In this document: one piece after another, positions 55,930 through 64,000 of the stretch
How positions within the stretch are numbered: position 1 is the first letter of the stretch
Layout: every line of letters begins with the position of its first letter
Origin: Octopus sinensis
Taxonomy: Eukaryota
Direction: 5' to 3'
NCBI RefSeq assembly: GCF_006345805.1
Contig: NC_042997.1
Location: 145,452,001-145,516,000, forward strand
DNA length: 64,000 nucleotides
Notes under the pieces: generated by a model
What the model was told of the DNA's origin: nothing
Databases searched by the model: none
What the model saw: the letters and a program-made list of their open reading frames with translations, nothing else
Program-made: the position numbers and the translations under genes

Positions 55930-56140
55930 ATGTAGTAATCTTTACAAAGCTGCCTGTCTTTGCGTTTCTTGCTGTTATCTAGGTTATTCTGATATATCAG
56001 ATCAAAATTTGTCGACTCGTTCTTTGAACACATCTACATCTCCTCCGCGTAGATCTCTGAGACCTTTTCGGCTAAGTATTGAACATTTGCGATTCTTTGA
56101 ACCATATGCTGTTACAATAGTGGGTCCTTACTTTAGACTT
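55930..56140 (-). pseudogene. Decayed CR1/L2-group LINE 3' fragment
   Basis: LRDLRGGDVDVFKERVDKF*SDISE*P resembles the LR...V-x-x-FK-x-x-LDKFL...PDEP C-terminus. Confidence 0.4.
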
Positions 56141-56167
56141 TGTATACATTTACACCCAACGTATATG

Positions 56168-56203
<36 letters not shown>

Positions 56204-56259
56204 TGTATGTGTATGTATGTATGTATGTATGTATGTATGTATGTATGTATATATACTCT

Positions 56260-56655
56260 TTTACTCTTTAACTTGTTTCAGTCATTTCACTGCGACCATG
56301 CTGGAGCACCACCTTTAGTCGAACAAATCGACCCCAGGACTTATTCTTTGTAAGCCTAATACTTATTCTATCGGGTTATTTTGCTGAACCGCTAAGTTAC
56401 GGGGATGTAAATACACCGGCATCGGTTGTCAAGCGATGTTGGAGGGGGGACAAATACAGACACAGAAACACTGATATATAAATATACATATACATATATA
56501 CGACGGGCTTCTTTTAGTTTCCAAATCTACTCACAAGGCTTTCGTCGGTCCGAGCCTATAGTAGAAAACACTTACCCAAGGTGCCACGCAATGGGATTAA
56601 ACCCGAACCATGCGGTTGGTAAGCAACTACTTACTACACAGCTACTCCTGCGCCT

Positions 56656-56657
<2 letters not shown>
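56260..56657 (-). mobile_element. SINE family B, full length
   Basis: Tail (TACTCTTT)n at the left, head ...CTACTCCTGCGCCT at the right. Confidence 0.85.
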
Positions 56658-56726
<69 letters not shown>

Positions 56727-56746
56727 ATATAATATATATATATATA

Positions 56747-56815
<69 letters not shown>

Positions 56816-57073
56816 TATATATGTAGATTCCTCTGAAGAGAAAAATAACCTTATTGGCTAAATTTTGAAATCACATGATAGGGCTTTACCAAATTACTTT
56901 ATTCTGTAAATATTATCTCGCAGGAAAACAATGTTTGGCTTGCCGCTCGCAGTCCCTTGAACCCGTCTGGAGGAATGACTGTACTTGGGATCTTGGGGGA
57001 GAGAACGGAAATCCTTAACTGATACGCATGTATGTATATAGGTATGTACGTGAGTGTTTATTGAAAACATGTA

Positions 57074-57308
57074 CAGTAATCCCTCGCCATATTGCGGTTT
57101 CCCTATCACGGTTCATCTATCATGGTTTATTATTTAAGCTTACGTCAATTCCTCCGTGGTGTTGTTTTGCATTTATAATAAAATAAATATATACACATTA
57201 TAAAAATAATAATAATAAATATACTGTACAATACTATTTCTACTTCACGGATTTTCACCTATCGCGGGTTTTTGGAACGTAACACCCGCGTTAGTTGAGG
57301 GATTACTG
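57074..57308 (+). mobile_element. Tigger/pogo-type MITE, intact copy
   Basis: TA|CAGTAATCCCTCG ... GAGGGATTACTG|CA. Confidence 0.8.
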
Positions 57309-57819
57309 CACCGTCACTTAGTCGTTTTACTCTGAGAAAAACGCGAAGGAAACGTTATAACGATGCTATATAAAGCAGCAGTTTGACAGTCGAAATCAAG
57401 CAGATAAATGAGCACCATTCGTTGTATGACCATCTCTGGAATTTTCTTCTTTAATTTGAACCTTCTCATAAGGAACCAACTTGTTGCTTTATTAATGGAA
57501 ACATAAGAAAGTAACTGGTGACTTGTATTTGATTTGCACTTACGCTCTGGATTGTTTTCACGTACAACATTGTACCATTTGTGTAGCGATTTCTTAATTA
57601 ATACATTAGTTCAGTTTTCTTGTAATGCCATCATGTCGTGTCAGTGTATAAAGCAATATCATTAAATATATAAGCAAAGATTATCAAAAATGTAGAGCAG
57701 AAGGGGGGGGGTAAAATAAAAGTGTTGTGGGTTCATTAAGATTTTCACTGTGTACTTTAAAAAACATAAATCCGTCTGACAAATATAAAGTTACTACTAT
57801 GCAAAATTTATGTAAAAGT

Positions 57820-59120
57820 AAGACTCCTCGAAGTAACATAGACACGCTATAAAATCAAAAAATATATGGAAGAAATGCTAAATATTTGGGTGTGTGATAT
57901 GTCGCCAGGTCACTAACCACAATTCCAAGTCATTATCCAGCAAAAATGCGTTAATTTTTTTAAACAGATGAAATTTGAAGCTGAGGAAGTCATCGAAACA
58001 TTTGTTGCTTCTTGTGGATGGTTTGAAAAGTTCAAAAACTGGTCTAATTTCTACAGCGTTCGGATTACAGGGTAATCAGAAAGTGCTGACATCCAAACTG
58101 TACCAGAATTTGTAGCACGACTGAAGGGTATTGTAAAAAGAGGTAAATTTCTATTAAATTTAGTTTTGAATGCAAAAATAAATTTGAGCAATTTGGGAAC
58201 TAGATACTCTTCGAAACTTCCAGTAGCAAAGTTAGGAGTAAATGTCACTGGAAACTTAGAATTTATGCTATTGCTTGTTTATCACTCTCACTCACCGAGA
58301 ACAATGAAAAGTGTCTCAATATCTTGGCAGATTGGTATAATGATATATAACAGAAAAACTTGGTTTACACAGAATGTGTTTAGTGTAAGATAAATATTTC
58401 TACCCTGGCGTCAAATATTACTGAGGGAGGAAACATTTTGAACTGAAGACAATAGTGTTTGCGAGCAACGCTCGCGCCCGCATTTCAGATTTTGATTCAC
58501 ACGAAAGGTACGAACGTATTGAAGTCGTTTTCATTCCATCAGCTTATGTAACGAATTTATTTCCGGTCTCAAGACAAATTATCTTAGTATTTTAAGTTTG
58601 TTGATTACAGCAACTGATGATAAACATCAGCTTAGCAAAAAATTCGGTAAAAATTACAACATTATGCATGCAATAAATAAAAAAAACTATTACAGATGTT
58701 TGGGAAGAAGTTAAAGATAAACAATTCATTAGGATTGAGAAAAATTGTATTCAAATTGAATTAAAGTACACCATGGAATAAAGAAGGGAACAATCTTAGC
58801 CTTGTATAAATGATGCAGAAAGAAGGGTTTCATGAATTTGATGATAAGCTCTTAAGAATTATTGCATGTCAATAACGAGACCATCACCCATGAAGGCCCA
58901 AAGATGTGAACAGAATAACAAACCAACCAAGTGTCTAGTTTAAGTGGCTTTAACAGTAAAGATCTTGTCAAATAATTCATCTTTGGGAGTAGTTTACAGA
59001 AAACGATTCAAAATTTGAACAAAGCATATAAGTCAGAAGATTGGTATCGCTGAATGATTATTAGGAAGAATTGGATGATCGTCAGAAGAAAGCAAACCAG
59101 CCAACTCTTGATGTATTTTA
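57820..59120 (+). pseudogene. Tigger/pogo-type transposase relic
   Basis: MEEMLNIWVCD; FVASCGWFEKFKNWSNFYSVRITG*SESAD; LVYHSHSPRTMK; KTWFTQNVF. Many stops. Confidence 0.75.
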
Positions 59121-59524
59121 TTTTTATAAAAATAAAAATCTAACAGAATCGATAGTAACATATTAATATTCTTCTATTGTTTCCCATTTAGAATAAATCG
59201 TTGTGATGTTCCGTCGCTGGAGAACAATTTCTCCTTTGCGGCGAATATTACAAAGGAGTCTGGAACAGCCAGGGTTTTAACAACGTTGTGTCTCACCGGC
59301 CAGGAGCGCTCCTTAGGACTACACTAGTCTAAATAAGTATATATTTTCTTTTAATAATTCCTTTACTTGTTTCAGTCTTTAGACTGCGGCCATACTGGGA
59401 CACTACTGGGGTACTTATTCTATTGGCCTCTTTTCCCGAACCGCTAAGTTACGGGTTCACAAACACGCCATCATCAGTTGTCAAGCGGTGGCGAAAGACA
59501 CAGATTCAAAGACACACACACATT

Positions 59525-59564
<40 letters not shown>

Positions 59565-59741
59565 CAAGAGAGTTAGAGGTTGTGAATCCAACCAACTAAA
59601 GGATAATATCTATCCAATATACTGCTGGTAGAATACCCAATTATTAATACACAAGTGTTTTTTATTACATTGAAATTACATTACCGAGTGTACTAAATGG
59701 GTGAAGGTAAAGAGATATTTTACCATTAATTTATATAGCAA

Positions 59742-60757
59742 CTAGCAGTATCGCCCGGCGTTGCTCGGGTTTGTAAGGGAAATAACTATATAAGCATTTT
59801 TAGAGAGTTACTTCCCCTATAGATGCCAATTCGGGCTTTCTTAGCCATTTCTGTTTTGGTGTTTTCAGCCATGAAGTCGTTGTTCTAAAAGAACGCTGGT
59901 CTCCTTACAACGCTTTACGACGTTGATTTCCTTACAATCCCTTCCCCACGCTTCACGAGGGAGGGAAGAAGGGGGAGAAGCAAACAGGTGCAGGTGTGAC
60001 CATGGACGCCACTCCGCCGCCATCGACACACAAAAAAATTATGCATTAAAGTGGAATAAAAAATGATGTTAAATTATTTTTTAAATCGTAGACTCATCGT
60101 AGACGCGCGCTAATACTCAGACGGGCTCGATATGAATCACGACTATAAGATACCCGAATTTGGTCAAACTGCACCGCAAAATTGGGAGTAGTTAGGAATC
60201 TAAATCGAAGGGGACAGACACTCACACAACTACAGTTTTATATATATAGACTAGCAGTATTGCCCGGCGTTGCTCGGGTTTGTAAGGGAAATAACTATAT
60301 AAGCATTTTTAGAGAGTTACTTCCCTTATAAATTCGGGCTTTCTTAGCCTTTTTGTTTGGTGTCTTCAAGCCATGAAGTCGTTGTTCTAAAAGAACGCTG
60401 GTTTCCTTCACAATGCATTACGACGTTGATTTCTTTACACTCCCTTCCCCACAACTTCACGAGGGAGGGAAGGGGGAGAAGAAGCACAGGTGCAGCTGTG
60501 AGCGTGGACGCCAACTCCGCCGCCATCGACATACGATGCATTTTATGCATTAAATGGATAAAAAATTATGTTAAATTATTTTTAAAATCGTAGACTCATC
60601 GTTGACGCGCGCTAATAGTCAGACGGGCTCGATATGAATCACGACTATAAGATACCCGAATTTTGGTTTAAACTGCACCGCAAAATGTGGGAGGAGTTAG
60701 GAATCTAAATCGAAGGGTACAGACACTCCCACACAACTAGAGTTTTATATATATAGA
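59742..60757 (-). mobile_element. Head-to-tail dimer of a non-autonomous Helitron of about 508 bp
   Basis: Units 59742-60250 and 60251-60757. Outer ends are A|TC and CTAG|T; the internal junction is CTAG|TC with no intervening DNA; hairpin CCCGAGCAACGCCGGG. Confidence 0.88.
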
Positions 60758-60901
60758 TAAGAAAATGGAGGGGACCAATAGGTGGTTATACATGTATGTA
60801 TATTCTTGTAATTGTCATTTTAGTAAATAAATAAATAAATTGACATAATATAATGTCTAAAAGTTGATGATCCACCTATTGATCCCCTCCATTTTCTTAT
60901 T

Positions 60902-60947
<46 letters not shown>

Positions 60948-61030
60948 TCTCTCTCGATATATATATATATAACGGGAAGCTTTATGAAAATAAACAAAAG
61001 ACGAAGGCAGGTGGAATACAAAAAACAATT

Positions 61031-61200
61031 GCGTGGAGCCGCAATGGCCTAGTGGTTAGGGCAGCGGACTCGCGGTCGCAGGATCGCGGTTTCGATTCTC
61101 AGACCGGGCGTTGTGTGTGTTTATTGAGCGAAAACACCTAAAAGCTCTACGAGGCTCCGGCAGGGGGTGGTGATCCCTGCGTACTATTTCACCACAATGG
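61031..61200 (+). mobile_element. SINE family C-like, 5' part
   Basis: GCGTGGAGCCGCAATGGCCTAGTGGTTAGGGCAGCGGACTCGCGGTCGCAGGATCGCGGTTTCGATTC, a tRNA-Arg(TCG)-like head. Confidence 0.75.
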
Positions 61201-61269
61201 CGGTGCCCCAAGCATGGCCACAGCTCAAGAGCTGAAACTGGAAAAACAAAAACAACAAAACAAACAATA

Positions 61270-61330
<61 letters not shown>

Positions 61331-61332
<2 letters not shown>

Positions 61333-61920
61333 GGGTGGCTAATTCACAATTTTCCACCCAAAGGCAGAAATATATACGTCACTAAAGTGAACAAGCGTAC
61401 TAATCAGCACCAGTATGGCTAGAAATAAAGTCAAAACAACTTAGTAGCCACAGGAACACTGTCTTAATGACTGACATGGGAGACAAGCTCCCTACGGTCG
61501 CAGGTATAACCAGATCATCGACGATTTCGCATTTTGATGCTTAACGCATCTTAACGCTCATCAGTGACTCTTACCGCACCTAGAGTTAAATTCATCTCGC
61601 CTTGTCAGTTGATAAGATTTCCCTTGAAATCATATGCTGATTTTAGAAACGGTAAAAGTGAAAATTATAAATAATATGAGTGGCTAATTTGTAATTTTAC
61701 AACCTAAAGATAGAAATATATACGTCACTAAAGTGACAAAAGGGCACTAGTTAGCACCAGTATTACTTGAAATAAGGGTCAAACCAACTCAATAATCACA
61801 GAAGCTCTATCTAAATGAGTGACAAGGGATACGAGAGAGTCACTGATTGAGCATTAAGGTGCGTTAAGCATCAAAATACGAAATCAAACGATGATCTGGC
61901 TACATCTGCGACCGTAGGGA
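61331..61920. mobile_element. PLE-like arrangement A / inverted B / A' / B, with a hammerhead motif in B
   Basis: A about 61331-61488 and A' about 61676-61830 are diverged direct repeats; 61489-61571 is the reverse complement of 61836-61920. Confidence 0.65.
61508..61570 (-). ncRNA. Hammerhead ribozyme motif with branched or long stem II
   Basis: GAGTCA CTGATGA GCGTT-AA-GATGC-GTTAA-GCATC-AA-AATGC GAAA TCGTCGATGA TC TGGTT. The second copy at 61837-61901 has an extra T in the core. Confidence 0.6.
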
Positions 61921-61932
61921 AACTGTGTTGAA

Positions 61933-62165
61933 GCCCGCCGTATACATGTATATATATACGATGTATGTATGTATGTATGTATGTAAATGTGTGTGCGTGT
62001 GTGTGTGTGCGTGTGTGTGTGTGCGTGTGTGTGCGGGTCTTTGTGTTTGTGTCTGCTCCACAGTACAGCTTGACAATCGGTGTTGCTTTGTTTACGTCCC
62101 CGTAACTTACCAATTCGGCAAAAGCGGCCGATAGAAGGTAGTTCCAATGACTAAAACAAGTAAAA
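61933..62165 (+). mobile_element. SINE family B, 3' part
   Basis: GCTTGACAATCGGTGTTGCTTTGTTTACGTCCCCGTAACTTA...AAACAAGTAAAAG. Confidence 0.7.
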
Positions 62166-62276
62166 GAAAAGGCAAAAAGAACTACTTTATCTAATCTGTC
62201 CTTTATTCAATGCAGTAGGGTGTGGTTTGGGCAAGATTTAGCTACTCTTTCCAAACAGTTTATATATATTTGTTAA

Positions 62277-62682
62277 TTGCCCACAGGAGGCTAAACATAG
62301 AGGGGACAAACATGGGCAGTTAAACAGATTAAGTCGATTACATCGACCCCAGTGCGTAACTGGTACTTATTTATCGACCCCGAAAGGATGAAAGGCAAAG
62401 TCGACCTCTGCGGAATTTGAACTCAGAACATAAAGACAGACGAAATACCTATTTCCTTACTACCCACAAGGAGTTAAACACAGAGAAGACAAACAAGGAC
62501 AGACAAACGGATTAAGTCGATTATATCGACTCCAGTGCGTAACAGGTACTTATTTAATCGACCCCGAAAGGATGAAAGGCAAAGTCGCACTCAGCGGAAT
62601 TTGAACTCAGAACGTAACGGCGGACGAAATACCGCTTAGCATTTCGCCCAGCGTGCTAACCTTTCTTCCAACTTGCCGCCTT
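62277..62682 (-). mobile_element. SINE family A dimer
   Basis: Junction GACGAAATACC|TATTTCCTTACT at about 62439-62461. Confidence 0.85.
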
Positions 62683-64000
62683 CCGAACAGCTTATATTAC
62701 GTAAAGAAATATTGTTAAAGTTTATACTATGTTTTAGCATAAAGGTTTCTGAATAATTTAAGTCTTTTCATCTATTTAATTTAAAACACATTGTAAAGTG
62801 TAAAGAAATTAAAGAAATAAAAGTCTGGATTTATTTACAAGACAATGTTTGCGAGATTGAACATAAAATAAATCGTATAAACTGTTAACTAAACAGACGA
62901 CCCGACGAAATCTTTGTCATTCTCGGGTCGTTCCCTTTTCGTATTTCTGGGTCAGTTTTATTCATGCAATATTTCTGTTTACGATATTTGAAATTTGAAG
63001 ACAAAAAAATCGTCTTTTTTCACATGCTTTCATGTATCTATAGAAATATTTGTTTTAGCTATTTATACTCGTACATGTTTGCACAGAGTATATGTGCGTG
63101 TCTGTGTGCACAAGGAAGAGGGGAGTGTCACTTGCATTGTTTAATGCAAACATATGCAAGGAAAGATCTCATACTCTCTCATGACATGTTTAAGATGTAT
63201 TTTTCTGTTGATGTTCTTTCGTGTTTATTATGCAGAGTATCGTGACATCACGAAACACTAACTGATTTATTTGTATTCTTCATACAGCTTGAAGTGCCGA
63301 GCTTCGCCATTATCAAATTTCTAGTGAGATAACAATGATTTCTTCCCCTTTCTATATAGTATCACCCCACCTCGGGGCCAGCAGCATTGTTACTACAATT
63401 CTGCACTCACACCTAGTAATCATCCTCACATCGTAGCACGTAATTTTTTTTCATGTTATCTCCTACACTAAGCTAGGGTCACTGGCAAATACTCTAAGTA
63501 TGCAATGACGATTTTCTTTTGCTATTTACTGTCTATTTAGTTGTTTGATTTTAGCTTTGTTCTTTTCCTTATATACTGCTACTATATCAATGATGAAGCA
63601 TTTCTGTATAGCGCTGTGTAAGTCATTGGTCTGTTGCCTTTTTTAAGTTCAACGCCAGCCGGGTAGTACATGCCGGATCAAACTACAAACCCAGATGCTA
63701 TTCCACGCTGCTTCAATCAAAGTTCCAAATTGAAACTTTGGGGCAATGGTCACATGGATATAAGGAGATTTTTACTGATTTTCGTTTTTCTTTATAATTA
63801 CGGAGAACTTTTGACTCTCTACGTCAATACTTAACTGCAAAATGCAGATTTAAGAAATGGAATTACAAGGATGTGTTTACACATAGTATTGTTATTTGTA
63901 AATATACAAATATACGTAAATGGATGCATACGTATGCATGTATACACTTATATTTGTGTGGACGTGTGTTTACGTGCATATTTCCATATATTTATAAACG

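Noticed and set aside
59190-59335. Possible exon after a strong pyrimidine tract and AG
   Set aside because: One frame is open for about 45 codons, but the peptide is unrecognised and no donor site is evident before the stop.

Overview
AT-rich eukaryotic (animal) genomic DNA that is almost entirely interspersed repeats and microsatellites, with one 100-N scaffold gap. The SINE families and microsatellite load suggest an octopus or other cephalopod genome; this is pattern recognition, not a database result. No intact host protein-coding gene could be supported. Most tracked ORFs are microsatellite or SINE translations. Recognisable decayed elements: Chapaev3-like transposase end, two Penelope-like GIY-YIG remnants, a 5'-truncated L1/Tx1-type LINE, RTE and R4/Dong-type LINE fragments, a Helitron Rep-helicase relic plus non-autonomous Helitrons, a Tigger transposase relic, and several MITEs. 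Most notable observations: (1) several different minimal type-I hammerhead-ribozyme motifs in Penelope-like fold-back structures, one linked to a tRNA-derived head; (2) an abundant SINE that shares its 3' tail with the Tx1-type LINE and with an element carrying an unidentified ORF, inserts preferentially at GGTA, and forms fixed-junction multimers; (3) a 166-bp tandem array arising inside another SINE.
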